Shown here piece after piece: positions 18,825-28,591 of a DNA stretch of 64,000 nt (position 1 is the stretch's first letter; the number at the start of each line of letters is the position of its first letter). Source of the DNA: a bacterium (GTDB lineage: Bacteria; UBA8248); NCBI GenBank assembly GCA_965219955.1, contig OZ244799.1, positions 1,184,001 through 1,248,000 of the forward strand, written 5' to 3'. The notes under the pieces were generated by a model. That model made no database searches and had not been told where the DNA came from. It saw nothing but the letters and a program-made list of their open reading frames with translations. The translations under genes and the position numbers were made by a program.

Positions 18825-19316
18825 ATGCCCCAAAAGGCCAATTCCACAAAGCGGGTGAAGCCCCGAAAGGGAAAGAAAAACAGCCGCATTTGGAAGACGC
18901 CCGAGCAGAGGCGCCTTGAACGCGACGCCCCGCAAGTCATCCCCATGTACAAGACGCAAAAAGAGCGCCGTCTCGATGAAATCCAGAGGTGGATGGACGA
19001 GAACCTGCCTCCTACCGGCACGCCCGAATGGGAGGCGCTCTGCACCGGCTGCGGGAAGTGTTGCTACGACAAGGTTTGGGAGGACGACAGGCTGCTCTTG
19101 CTGACGAGCGCGTGTCCCCAACTCGAGATCGAGACGAACCGCTGCCGCGTATATGCGGAGCGCTTCGAGATAGAGCCGCTGTGCCTGCCGATCGGCCCTG
19201 AAATCATCGAAATGGGGGGGCTTCCCGAGGATTGCCCGTATGTCGAGAATTTTCCGGGGTATCGGGGTCCCAAAGTCGTCGACAAGAGTCTGGACGAAAT
19301 GCAGGCAATTTCCTGA
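18825..19316 (+). CDS. YcgN/YkgJ-like cysteine-cluster protein
   Basis: EWEALCTGCGKCC, ACPQL, CRVY, LPEDCPY. Confidence 0.8.
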   Translation: MPQKANSTKRVKPRKGKKNSRIWKTPEQRRLERDAPQVIPMYKTQKERRLDEIQRWMDENLPPTGTPEWEALCTGCGKCCYDKVWEDDRLLLLTSACPQLEIETNRCRVYAERFEIEPLCLPIGPEIIEMGGLPEDCPYVENFPGYRGPKVVDKSLDEMQAIS

Positions 19317-19652
19317 GACTCGATTCATCGCAGGAACGCACGATTCCGCGACGAATCCTCAAATCTGTCCCGTCACATAGCAAGCCCACCATATTTCGTG
19401 TGTTTCACAGCGCCTGAAGCTATCCTGAGTGACGCTTTCCGTGCCATAATCGCCCCTTCAAATTCTGCCTGTGGGAAATTTCTTGAACCGAATCCTGCAT
19501 CCCCATTTTGAGTCCAGCGAGCCGTTTTTTATCGACTCCGGCGCTCGTTTTTCCCAAACTCGCGCGTTGCGACGGCTCGCCTGCGGCGGAGCACGTGCCG
19601 GGGGCGTATGGTGGCAGGATCGGAGATAAGTTGCTCATAGAAGGGCGACGTT

Positions 19653-20540
19653 TTGCTTGACGCCATTCATCCCAACGTATTAGCGCTCTGCTGTGCGGCG
19701 CTCATCGCCTTCGCCCGCGTATCGCAGCGCTATGCGATTCCGCGCATGAAAATGCACACGGCCAATCTGGTGATGGCTTGCGTGACGACCACACTCGGAT
19801 GGTTTTTCTACTGGATGGAGGGATCGCTCGGCCGGATACCCTACCAGGGCGTTTTCTGGTTCATGGCGATGGGTTTTTTCGGGAGTTTTCTGGGCAGGTA
19901 CATCAATTTCGTCGCCATCCGCTATACGGGGCTGGCGCGCGCGGCGGTGGTAAGCCAGACCGTTCTCGTGTGGGCGTCGCTTCTGGCTGTTTTCGTATTG
20001 GGAGAGAGCATGTCGTTCCAGAAGGCGGGCGGAATCCTGGGCGTCATGTGCGGGGCGAGCCTGCTCGTCTACAACCCCAAAGGAGATATCGGCCGCAGGA
20101 TACCGCTCCACTACTATGTGATACCCATGGTGTCTGCGCTGATGTATGCATTTGCGCATCTGGTGGGAAAATTCGCATTCGAGTGGATTTCCTCCTCCGC
20201 TTTCGGGATGGCGGTCGCCAACACGACTTCTCTCACGCTTCTGCTGGGCACGATGCCCTTCGCGCAGAGCCAGGGGGATCCGGGCAAGAATGGTGACAGG
20301 AAAGGGTTTTTCGTCCTTCTCCTGGGAGCCGCACTGCAAGGGTGCGGTATTTTCTTTTTCTGGTCCTCGGTAAAGCTCGGCGAAATCACCCGCGTCATCC
20401 CTTTGACCCGCCTGTCGGTGTTGTTGATCATCTTTCTCTCCTGGCTATTGTTCCGGCAGCAGGAAAACGTGACGTGGCGTGTCGTCGTGGGGGCGTTGAT
20501 TGCGCTTCTGGGCGCGTTCGCCATCGTGACGGGAAGTTAA
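19653..20540 (+). CDS. DMT/EamA-family transporter
   Basis: About 10 TM segments in two repeats. Confidence 0.85.
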   Translation: MLDAIHPNVLALCCAALIAFARVSQRYAIPRMKMHTANLVMACVTTTLGWFFYWMEGSLGRIPYQGVFWFMAMGFFGSFLGRYINFVAIRYTGLARAAVVSQTVLVWASLLAVFVLGESMSFQKAGGILGVMCGASLLVYNPKGDIGRRIPLHYYVIPMVSALMYAFAHLVGKFAFEWISSSAFGMAVANTTSLTLLLGTMPFAQSQGDPGKNGDRKGFFVLLLGAALQGCGIFFFWSSVKLGEITRVIPLTRLSVLLIIFLSWLLFRQQENVTWRVVVGALIALLGAFAIVTGS

Positions 20541-20543
20541 GCA

Positions 20544-21425
20544 TTGCTCGACTTCATTCATCCCAACATCCTGGCGCTCATCGCCGCCTGTTTCATCGCC
20601 TCAGCGCGCACGCTGTACCGTGCCGGCGTGGCGCGCCTGAGCCCGGTTGTGATGAACGTTTTCATGCTTGCCGTACAGCTATGCTTCGGCGTCATGTTCT
20701 ATCACCTGGAAGGCGGCGTGGCGGATTGGCCGCTCGGGGGACTCCTCTGGTTCGCCGCCATGGGCATATCCGGCTCCTTCGTCGGGCGTTACCTCAGCCT
20801 CGTCGGCATGAAGCTGGTGGGGCTGGCGCGCTCTTCCATCGTCACCCAGACAAGTCTCGTGTGGGCGTCTCTGTTTGCGGTGGTTTTTGCGGGCGAACGG
20901 ATGACATGGCTGATTGCGCTCGGCACGCTGACCATCATGGCGGGGTCGATCCTGTTGGCTTACGAAAAAGGCGAGGTTCAAAGACGCATTCCCTTGTATT
21001 ACTACCTGGTCCCTTTGGGTACGGCCGTTTTGTTCGCGATGACGCACCTGTTCGGCAAATTCGGGCTGCAGATTATCAAGTCCGCCTCTCTGGGCATGAC
21101 GGCAGGCAGCATAACGGCGTTTTGCCTCGCGCTGCTTGTCCTGCCTTTATCCGTGGAGGGGAGGGCGCCTAAATCCTGGGATAAAAAGGGGCTCCTGGCC
21201 GTTCTGGGCGGCGCGTGTCTGAACGCGATGGCCGCCTTTTTCTTCTGGTCGTCCATCAAAACGGGGGAGATTGTTCAGATTATTCCCCTGAATCGCCTCT
21301 CGGTACTGCTCATCATTTTTCTGTCCTGGGTGTTTTTCAGGAAACAGGAGGCGGTGGGTTGGCGCGTCGTAGTTGGTGGTTTCTTGTCCGTCGTCGGCGC
21401 CGTCGGCGTCGTTTTGGGCAACTAG
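20544..21425 (+). CDS. DMT/EamA-family transporter (tandem paralogue)
   Basis: Shares MLDxIHPN, GLAR, VWASL, RRIPLxYY, RLSVLLIIFLSW with the upstream gene. Confidence 0.85.
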   Translation: MLDFIHPNILALIAACFIASARTLYRAGVARLSPVVMNVFMLAVQLCFGVMFYHLEGGVADWPLGGLLWFAAMGISGSFVGRYLSLVGMKLVGLARSSIVTQTSLVWASLFAVVFAGERMTWLIALGTLTIMAGSILLAYEKGEVQRRIPLYYYLVPLGTAVLFAMTHLFGKFGLQIIKSASLGMTAGSITAFCLALLVLPLSVEGRAPKSWDKKGLLAVLGGACLNAMAAFFFWSSIKTGEIVQIIPLNRLSVLLIIFLSWVFFRKQEAVGWRVVVGGFLSVVGAVGVVLGN

Positions 21426-21550
21426 GGTTCCGATCCGAACAAGGGCGATGTGGCTGGAAGAATACGGTCTCCCTCGTTTCTCGTTCACAATGCTGATAAG
21501 GTAGGTGTACGAACGGTTTTCGAGAATTCATTTGTATGAGAGGCGGCATT

Positions 21551-22540
21551 ATGGTGGAAGTCGGCATCATCGTGGCCCTGACGCTCAAGGGCACGTATAT
21601 CGGCGACTACGAGAAGCTGAGTGAAATCGCCCGGGAGGCGGAGAGGCTGGGCATCGACTCACTCTGGCATTGCGACCATTTCGTGACGCTCGACCCCGCT
21701 TCCTACGGGAGCCAGACGGGCTTCGGCGCCCAGGATGAGAAGGAACAATCCACCGATACCGCGATTCTGGAGCCCTGGACGACCTTGGCCGCACTCGCGC
21801 GAGACACGGAACGCTTGCGTCTGGGCACGCTGGTTTCGTGCGTGGGATACCGCCCGCCTGCCATGCTGGCGAAGACGGCGGCCACGGTGGACGTCATCAG
21901 TAAGGGCCGGGTGGATTTCGGGATTGGAGCGGGCTGGATTGAAAACGAATATCATTCTTTCGGATATCCCTATCCGAGTGCCGCCGTGCGAATCGAGCAA
22001 CTCGAAGAAGCCATTCAACTCATTCGCGCGATGTGGACCGAATCCGCCCCCCATTTCGAAGGCGGGTATTTCCAGCTCCAAAACGGGGCTTGCGATCCGC
22101 CTCCGGCTCAAAAACCGCACCCGCCGATCTGGACGGGAGGCGAGGGACCGAAACTGCTCGGCGTTTCGGCCCGCCAGGCGGACGGCTACAACTGCCGCTG
22201 GTGGACGCCTGAGCAGTTTCTGGAGAAAAGGCCCGTCATCGAGGCCGAATGCAAAAAGGCGGGCAGAGACCCCGACGCGATAAGAGCGTCTCTCATGGTC
22301 ATGGTGATCCCCGAAAAAGACAGGGCGGTGGCCAGGGCGGCCCGCGAGAAGCTGAGCGTCATCCCGGAATCGGGGAGCGTCTACGGAACGCCCGATGACT
22401 GCGTTGCGCGTCTCAAGGAATATCCAAAAGCGGGCGTGGAGCACATCCTCGTCACCATCCCAGACCTGGATACCAACCCGCACAGGCTGACCCTTCTGGG
22501 AGAAGAGATTATCCCGGCGCTCCAGGCGGGTGGAGGATAA
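21551..22540 (+). CDS. LLM-class (probably F420-dependent) oxidoreductase
   Basis: WHCDHF, EPWTTLAALA, LAKTAATVDVISKGR, GIGAGW, PPIWTGG. Confidence 0.85.
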   Translation: MVEVGIIVALTLKGTYIGDYEKLSEIAREAERLGIDSLWHCDHFVTLDPASYGSQTGFGAQDEKEQSTDTAILEPWTTLAALARDTERLRLGTLVSCVGYRPPAMLAKTAATVDVISKGRVDFGIGAGWIENEYHSFGYPYPSAAVRIEQLEEAIQLIRAMWTESAPHFEGGYFQLQNGACDPPPAQKPHPPIWTGGEGPKLLGVSARQADGYNCRWWTPEQFLEKRPVIEAECKKAGRDPDAIRASLMVMVIPEKDRAVARAAREKLSVIPESGSVYGTPDDCVARLKEYPKAGVEHILVTIPDLDTNPHRLTLLGEEIIPALQAGGG

Positions 22541-22545
22541 CGAGC

Positions 22546-23691
22546 TTGTCTATCGTCACGCAGACGGAATTAACGGAAAAAGAGGCGCTACTCCAGGCAG
22601 AAGCCCGTGAGTTCGCTCAACAAAAGCTCGTCCCCGGCGCCCTGGAGCGCGACCGGGAGGACGCGTTCTCCTCCGAACTTTATAAAGAAGCGGCGGAGAC
22701 GGGGTTCATCGGCGTCAAAATACCCGAGAACCTGGGTGGACGCGGCCTCGGGTTGTTCGAGGAATGCCTCGTCCTGGAGGAGCTGGCCGGTGGGGATCCG
22801 AGTTTCGCGCTCACGATCAGCATCTCGGCGGGCTTGTGCGGCGGCCATTTGCTGCATCATGGCTCGGATGCGCAGAAAGAAAGCCGCATTCCTGAACTCA
22901 CGAAAGGGGCGATAGGCGCGTGGGCGATCACGGAGCGGGTCGCAGGCAGTCATGCGGCGGCTCTCGAGTGCGAGGCGAGGCGGGAAGGGGACGCCTACAT
23001 CATCAACGGCGGGAAAATGTTTGTCACGCAGGGCATGGCTTTTGAAAGCATGGTCATCTTTGCGCGCACGGCGGAGGGAAAAGACGGGATCAGCGCATTT
23101 TTGATAGAGAGGGGAGATGAGGGGCGAAAAAGCGTGCCGCTCGCACAGACTCTCGGGATGCGTTCGGCAGGTACGGCGGAAATCTTTTTCGAGAGCTGCG
23201 AGGTTCCGGCGGAGCGCCTCATCGGGGAAGAAGGGGATGGCCTGCGGCAGGCGATGGGGGTTCTGAACGACGGAAGGGTCGTGCTGGGCGCGATGTGCGT
23301 CGGCATCGCGCAGGCGTCGCTCGATGCGGCGGCATCCCATGCCCAACAGCGCGAGGCGTTCGGTAGGCCGGTCTCCGATTTCGCCGGTCTGCGCGGGCTG
23401 ATGGCCGAGAGCGCCATCGACGTCGCCACCGCGCGCGAGATGGTCGTCGCTGCCGCGAAAATCCGCGACGCGGGAGGAGACAACAGGGAAGAGGTGGCGA
23501 TGGCGAAACTGTTCGCCTCGGAAGCCTGTCTCCGCGTGTGCGACAGAGGCATACAGATTCATGGCGGGTATGGCTACATCGCGGAAACGCCGGTGGGGAT
23601 GTTCTGGCGCGACGCCCGGGTGTTCACCCTCGGGGAAGGCACGAGCGAGGTTCACCGCAATCTCGTATCTCGGTACCTGTTCGATTCGTGA
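22546..23691 (+). CDS. Acyl-CoA dehydrogenase
   Basis: AWAITE...GS, NGGKMFVT, REAFG, AMAKLFASE, QIHGGYG, GEGTSEV. Confidence 0.92.
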   Translation: MSIVTQTELTEKEALLQAEAREFAQQKLVPGALERDREDAFSSELYKEAAETGFIGVKIPENLGGRGLGLFEECLVLEELAGGDPSFALTISISAGLCGGHLLHHGSDAQKESRIPELTKGAIGAWAITERVAGSHAAALECEARREGDAYIINGGKMFVTQGMAFESMVIFARTAEGKDGISAFLIERGDEGRKSVPLAQTLGMRSAGTAEIFFESCEVPAERLIGEEGDGLRQAMGVLNDGRVVLGAMCVGIAQASLDAAASHAQQREAFGRPVSDFAGLRGLMAESAIDVATAREMVVAAAKIRDAGGDNREEVAMAKLFASEACLRVCDRGIQIHGGYGYIAETPVGMFWRDARVFTLGEGTSEVHRNLVSRYLFDS

Positions 23692-23756
23692 AGGCCGAGC
23701 CTTCGCTTAGAAATAACTTGATAATACGCCCATAACCTTCTGTTTAATAATAAAAT

Positions 23757-24713
23757 ATGAATAACAGAAATAAAATTCAAATTCCCCAGATCCTGGACGG
23801 CATGGTTCGCCCCGCCGCCAGGCTCATCACGCTGGTGGAAGACAACGACCCGCGCGCGAAACCCATTCTGCAGGAACTGTATCTCAAAGGCGGAAAAAGC
23901 CTGGTCATCGGCATCACGGGTCCCCCCGGCGCGGGCAAGAGCACGCTTTCCGATCAGCTGATCGCCCATTATCGCGCCCAGGACAAAAGGATCTGTGTCA
24001 TCGCCGTGGACCCGACGAGCCCGTTCACGGGCGGCGCCATTCTGGGCGACCGCATCCGGATGGGCAGGCACAACACGGACCCGAAAGTCTTCATCCGCAG
24101 CATGGCCACGCGCGGCCATCTGGGCGGACTCGCCCGTGCGACGGGAGACGCGCTCTGCGTCATGGACGCCATGGGCTGGGACGTCGTGATCATCGAGACC
24201 GTAGGCGTCGGGCAGGGCGAGGTGAACATCATGCAGTGTGCGGACGTGGTCGTTTTGCTCCAGACGCCCGGCGGAGGGGACCACATTCAGGCGGCGAAGG
24301 CGGGGATCCTGGAGATCGGCGATATTTTCGTGGTGAACAAGGCGAAGCGCGACGGCGCGGATAGGACAGTTAAAGAAATCGAGGAAATGCTGGATTTCAA
24401 GATCCATCCCGGCGAGGCGGGTGCCTGGAGGCCCCCCGTGCTGAAGACGGAAGCGCTCACGGGCGAGGGGACGGAAGAGCTGGCCGCGCAGATCGAGGCG
24501 CGTATGGCCTTCTTGCAGGAACATCCCGATGAGGCCGGTCGCCTGGGTCGGGAGCGCGCCCGCATCACCCTCGCAGAGGTGATGAAGGAACTCGCGGTGG
24601 AGCGCATGGGGGGTGGCGTGAAAGGCGGGCGGGAGCTGGATGAACTCCTGGACGCGATCGCCGCGCGGAGAGTGGACCCCTACAGCGCGGCCGAGAAGAT
24701 ACTGGGCGCATGA
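23757..24713 (+). CDS. meaB: MeaB/ArgK GTPase (B12-mutase metallochaperone)
   Basis: GITGPPGAGKST, VDPTSPFTGGAILGDRIRM, ETVGVGQ, VNKA. Confidence 0.92.
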   Translation: MNNRNKIQIPQILDGMVRPAARLITLVEDNDPRAKPILQELYLKGGKSLVIGITGPPGAGKSTLSDQLIAHYRAQDKRICVIAVDPTSPFTGGAILGDRIRMGRHNTDPKVFIRSMATRGHLGGLARATGDALCVMDAMGWDVVIIETVGVGQGEVNIMQCADVVVLLQTPGGGDHIQAAKAGILEIGDIFVVNKAKRDGADRTVKEIEEMLDFKIHPGEAGAWRPPVLKTEALTGEGTEELAAQIEARMAFLQEHPDEAGRLGRERARITLAEVMKELAVERMGGGVKGGRELDELLDAIAARRVDPYSAAEKILGA

Positions 24714-24723
24714 GGAGAAAGCC

Positions 24724-25053
24724 ATGGAGGATGGACGGGCGTTCCGGATCGTGTTGAGCACGGCGGGTTCCGAGGAAGAGGGCGCGCGGATTGCGAGATC
24801 ATTGCTCGAGCGCAAGCTGTGCGCCTGCGTCAATCTGGTGCCGAAAATCCGCAGCCTCTATCGCTGGGAGGGGGCGGTTCAGGATGATGCGGAAGTCCTG
24901 CTCATCATGAAGACCACACGGGATAAATTGGGGGCCCTCTCCGATCATCTGGCGGAAATCCACAGCTACGACGTGCCCGAAGTGCTGGCCCTGGCGGTCG
25001 ACAAGGGCAGCGCGTCCTACCTCGAATGGCTGGCGGAGAGCTGCGCCGACTAG
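24724..25053 (+). CDS. cutA: Divalent-cation tolerance protein CutA
   Basis: LCACVN, SLYRWEG, HSYDVPE, YLEW. Confidence 0.92.
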   Translation: MEDGRAFRIVLSTAGSEEEGARIARSLLERKLCACVNLVPKIRSLYRWEGAVQDDAEVLLIMKTTRDKLGALSDHLAEIHSYDVPEVLALAVDKGSASYLEWLAESCAD

Positions 25054-25098
25054 CGCGCCTTGTTTCCCCGCTTCGTTTTTTGAGAGGGGAGGCTGTAT

Positions 25099-26445
25099 TC
25101 AGAGAATCGAGAGGTATTTGTTGAGTTCGAAATCCGAGACATGGGCGCGATAGGGCGCCCATTCGAGTTTTTTGTTCTCGATGAACTTATCGAACAACTG
25201 GTTTCCGAACACGCCTTTCAGAAAATTGCTCTGCTCGGCCAGCATGGTGGCCTCCCGCAGGTTCCCGGGCAGGCTTTTGATGCCTTGTTTCTTGCGCCTC
25301 TCCTCGCTCATCTCGAACACGTTCTCCTCCACGGCGGGGACCGGGGGCAGGCCTTCCTCGATTCCCGCCATTCCGGCCGCCAGCATGCAGGCGAACGCCA
25401 GGTAGGGGTTGCACGCCGAGTCCGGCGAGCGCAACTCGATCCGCGTGTCGGATTCCATGCCCTTGCGCGTGCTGGGGATGCGGATCAGGTCGCTGCGGCT
25501 CTTGTGGGCCCATGTGACGTAGGCGGGCGCCTCGAAACCGGGGACGAGTCGTTTGTAGCTGTTCACCCATTGGTTGAGGACGAGGGTCATCTCGGGAACG
25601 TATTTCAATAGGCCGGCGATGAACGCCTGGCACGTATCCGAGAGGCCGCCGGGCTTTTCCGGGTCATGGAACGCGTTCTCCGAACCCTGGAACAGGGAGA
25701 GATGGGTGTGCATCCCGTTTCCGTTTTCTTCGGAGAGTGGTTTCGGCATGAAGGTGGCGTAGACGCCGTGCCGCATGGCGACTTCCTTGACGACGAGCCG
25801 GTAGGTCATCGCGTTGTCCGCCATGGTGAGCGCATCGCCGTAGCGCAAATCGATTTCATGCTGGCTGGGCCCGGCCTCGTGGTGGCTGTATTCGACGCCG
25901 ATCCCCATTTTTTCGAGGTTCAAAACCGTCTCGCGCCTCAGGTCGCTCGCGATGTCCAGGGGCGTGAGGTCGAAATAGCCGCCCTGGTCGAGCGTCTCAA
26001 TCGGCAGTTCGGGGGATTTGAAATAATAGTGCTCATATTCCACGCCCGCGTAAAACGTGAATCCCTTCTGCGCCGCGCTCTGGAGCGTACGCCTGAGCAC
26101 GAAGCGCGGGTCGCTTGCATAAGGATTGCCGTCCGGGTCCTTGATGTCGCAGAACATTCTCGCGACGGCCCCGCCGTCCTGCGGGCGCCAGGGAAGCACG
26201 CAGAACGTCGTCGGATCGGGGTGGGCGAACATGTCGCTCTCCTCGATGCGCGCGAAGCCCTCGATGGCGGCTCCATCGAAGAGATGGCCCTCATAAAGCG
26301 CATTTTCCAGTTCTTCGATGGTGATGGCGAAACTCTTCAGGAACCCCAGGATGTCGGTGAACCACATGCGGATGAAACGCACGCCGAGTTCGCGGGCCTG
26401 GTTGAGTACGAAATCGCGGTCTTTATCATCGAATGCGTCAGGCAT
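25099..26445 (-). CDS. glnA: Glutamine synthetase type I (GSI-alpha-like)
   Basis: FTDILG, IEGFARIEESD, HHEAGPSQHEI, FMPKP, NGNGMH, NSYKRLVPGFEAP, RIELRSPD. Confidence 0.92.
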   Translation of the reverse strand: MPDAFDDKDRDFVLNQARELGVRFIRMWFTDILGFLKSFAITIEELENALYEGHLFDGAAIEGFARIEESDMFAHPDPTTFCVLPWRPQDGGAVARMFCDIKDPDGNPYASDPRFVLRRTLQSAAQKGFTFYAGVEYEHYYFKSPELPIETLDQGGYFDLTPLDIASDLRRETVLNLEKMGIGVEYSHHEAGPSQHEIDLRYGDALTMADNAMTYRLVVKEVAMRHGVYATFMPKPLSEENGNGMHTHLSLFQGSENAFHDPEKPGGLSDTCQAFIAGLLKYVPEMTLVLNQWVNSYKRLVPGFEAPAYVTWAHKSRSDLIRIPSTRKGMESDTRIELRSPDSACNPYLAFACMLAAGMAGIEEGLPPVPAVEENVFEMSEERRKKQGIKSLPGNLREATMLAEQSNFLKGVFGNQLFDKFIENKKLEWAPYRAHVSDFELNKYLSIL

Positions 26446-26569
26446 TATGTACTCCAGTTGAGCCGGTGTCGCCCGGAAAAGCAATTCAGCCTATATCGTG
26501 AATGTTTCGCGCCGGTTTCGTGTCGGCGTTTTTTCATGGCCCCGAAAGAAGCTGCGAGGGTTTCCGGCC

Positions 26570-27232
26570 TCACGACGATTCTCCGATAAACTTGTACCCG
26601 ACTCCCCGCACCGTGGAAATAAACGAATATCCCCTGACTTCGATTTTCGAGCGAATCCGGCGAACGTGAACGTCGACAGTCCGCGGACCGCCGAGATAGT
26701 CGATCCCCCAGACGAGGTTCAGGAGCTGCTCCCTGTCGAAGACGCGCTCGGGGTTGTTGATGAGATGCTTCAAAAGTTCGAATTCGCGGTACGTCAGATC
26801 GATCAACTCGCCGTCGAGCCTGATCTCGTAGCGACTCTCGTCCAGCGACAAACCCTTGCTCTTGAGGGTACGCCCCCCTTCGGCGTCCTGAGCGGAGCCA
26901 TGGCAAAGGTTGCGGACGCGATACAAAAGCTCTTCCTCCCGGACGGGTTTTACGAGAATGTCATCGGCTTCGGTGGGCGTGCGAACGACGGCGAGGCGGT
27001 CCGGCTCGAGGATCAGGAGAATCGGCAGCGTGGTCCAGTTTTTCATTTCTGCCACTTTCGGGAGTGCCGGGGCGTCATCGAGCAGGATGAGGGCCAGGCC
27101 CCTGGCGCGCACTTCCTGCAAGGCCGTGGTTTCATCCTGCACCATTTTGCAGAAATGGCCTTCACGTCTCAGGGCGCGCCCGAGCGCGTCCGCGAATCCG
27201 TTGTCTGCCGTATAAATCAGTAGATTTGCCAA
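26570..27232 (-). CDS. OmpR-family response regulator with atypical receiver (GlnR-like)
   Basis: LTYREFELL, REQLLNLVWG, RTVDVHVRRIRSK, TVRGVGY; no adjacent kinase; upstream of glnA. Confidence 0.85.
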   Translation of the reverse strand: MANLLIYTADNGFADALGRALRREGHFCKMVQDETTALQEVRARGLALILLDDAPALPKVAEMKNWTTLPILLILEPDRLAVVRTPTEADDILVKPVREEELLYRVRNLCHGSAQDAEGGRTLKSKGLSLDESRYEIRLDGELIDLTYREFELLKHLINNPERVFDREQLLNLVWGIDYLGGPRTVDVHVRRIRSKIEVRGYSFISTVRGVGYKFIGESS

Positions 27233-27313
27233 TCCCTGTCCCTGTCCACGAAAGCAGATCGGTTAAAAGTGCAATTTATACAGCCAGATGAGGTGAGAAG
27301 AAAAGAGGAGTTT

Positions 27314-28579
27314 TTATATGCGCGCGATCTTGTTCGTCATGTCGATCAGGCTGTCGAGGTTGTGGGCCGCCAGAAATTCATCGCAGTAGGGCAGGGCCGT
27401 TCTCATTCCCCTGTCGATGGGGCGGTAGCCGGGGCTGCCCAGAAGAGGATTGAGCCAGAAGAGCTTGTAGCAGATTTTCTTGAGGCGGTTCATTTCCTCC
27501 GCCAGCGTATCCGTATCGCCCCGGTCCCAGCCGTCCGATATGATGATGACGATGGTGCGGCTGTTCAGGATGGTTCTTCCGTATTCGTAATTAAAAGTTT
27601 TGAGACAGTTGCCGATCTGCGTGCCGCCGCTCCAGTCGTGCACCTCCATGGAGAGGCGCTTGAGGGCGGTGTTGACGTCCTTGTGGCGCAGATAGGGCGT
27701 AGCGTCCGAAAGGCGCGTGCTGAAGACGAATGTGCGCAGCGATTTGATCTCGTTCTGAAGGCTGTAGAGAAACTGAATCAGAAACTGGCTGTAGCTGTCC
27801 ATCGACCCCGATACGTCGCAGATCAGCACGATCTGGGTTTTTTGTATCTTCCTTCTCCGGCGGAAGAGTTTCAGCACCTCGCCGCCCGAGCGGACGCTCC
27901 TCTTCACGCTTCGCCTCATGTCGATTTCAGGAGAACGCATGTCGGGCCGTTTGCGCCGGCTGATTTTGGTGGCGAGCTTGGGAACGAGCTTTGCGATGAG
28001 ACGCCTGAGTTCAGCGACCTGATCCATGTTCAGCGCGGAGAAATCCTTATCCGATATGACTTCGGCGGGGCTGTAGGAGGGCACGCCCTCGTCGTCGTCT
28101 CCCTGCTCGCCGGGTTCGGCGGCGCTTTCCACGTCGTCTTCAGACGGGAGCCCCGGGTTTTCCTGTCCTTCGCCCTCGGCGTCCGACTCGCCTTCTTCCG
28201 ATGAGCCGCCGCCTTCGCTGGCCTGCCCTTCGCCTTCTTCCTCGAACTGGGTGTCTACCTGCACCGATTCGTCGCCCGTGTAGGGGTTCCCTTCCTCATC
28301 GAACCAGTACTGCCGGAATACGGCGTCGAAGATCATGCTCTCATCCTGGCTCGAGATGAGATTCGACTTGCTGGCGATATAGATGTTGTCGAGATTGGTA
28401 GCCTCGAGCGAATCGAAGCATCGGAACACGTCGATGATGCGGCCGGAAGTTATCTTGAGACCCGCGCGCCTGAGGATACGGCAAAAGCCGATCATCTCGC
28501 CCTTGAGGCCCCGTCCTTTTACGCGGATCCGGCGCTTGGGAAGGGTGCCCTGCACGATGGGACGGATGGAGGTTGCCAT
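27314..28579 (-). CDS. coxE: CoxE-like VWA-domain protein
   Basis: MIDAS DVSGSM, FSTRL, WSGGT, ISDGWD, WLNPL. Confidence 0.85.
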   Translation of the reverse strand: MATSIRPIVQGTLPKRRIRVKGRGLKGEMIGFCRILRRAGLKITSGRIIDVFRCFDSLEATNLDNIYIASKSNLISSQDESMIFDAVFRQYWFDEEGNPYTGDESVQVDTQFEEEGEGQASEGGGSSEEGESDAEGEGQENPGLPSEDDVESAAEPGEQGDDDEGVPSYSPAEVISDKDFSALNMDQVAELRRLIAKLVPKLATKISRRKRPDMRSPEIDMRRSVKRSVRSGGEVLKLFRRRRKIQKTQIVLICDVSGSMDSYSQFLIQFLYSLQNEIKSLRTFVFSTRLSDATPYLRHKDVNTALKRLSMEVHDWSGGTQIGNCLKTFNYEYGRTILNSRTIVIIISDGWDRGDTDTLAEEMNRLKKICYKLFWLNPLLGSPGYRPIDRGMRTALPYCDEFLAAHNLDSLIDMTNKIARI

Positions 28580-28591
28580 GGATTGCCCGGA

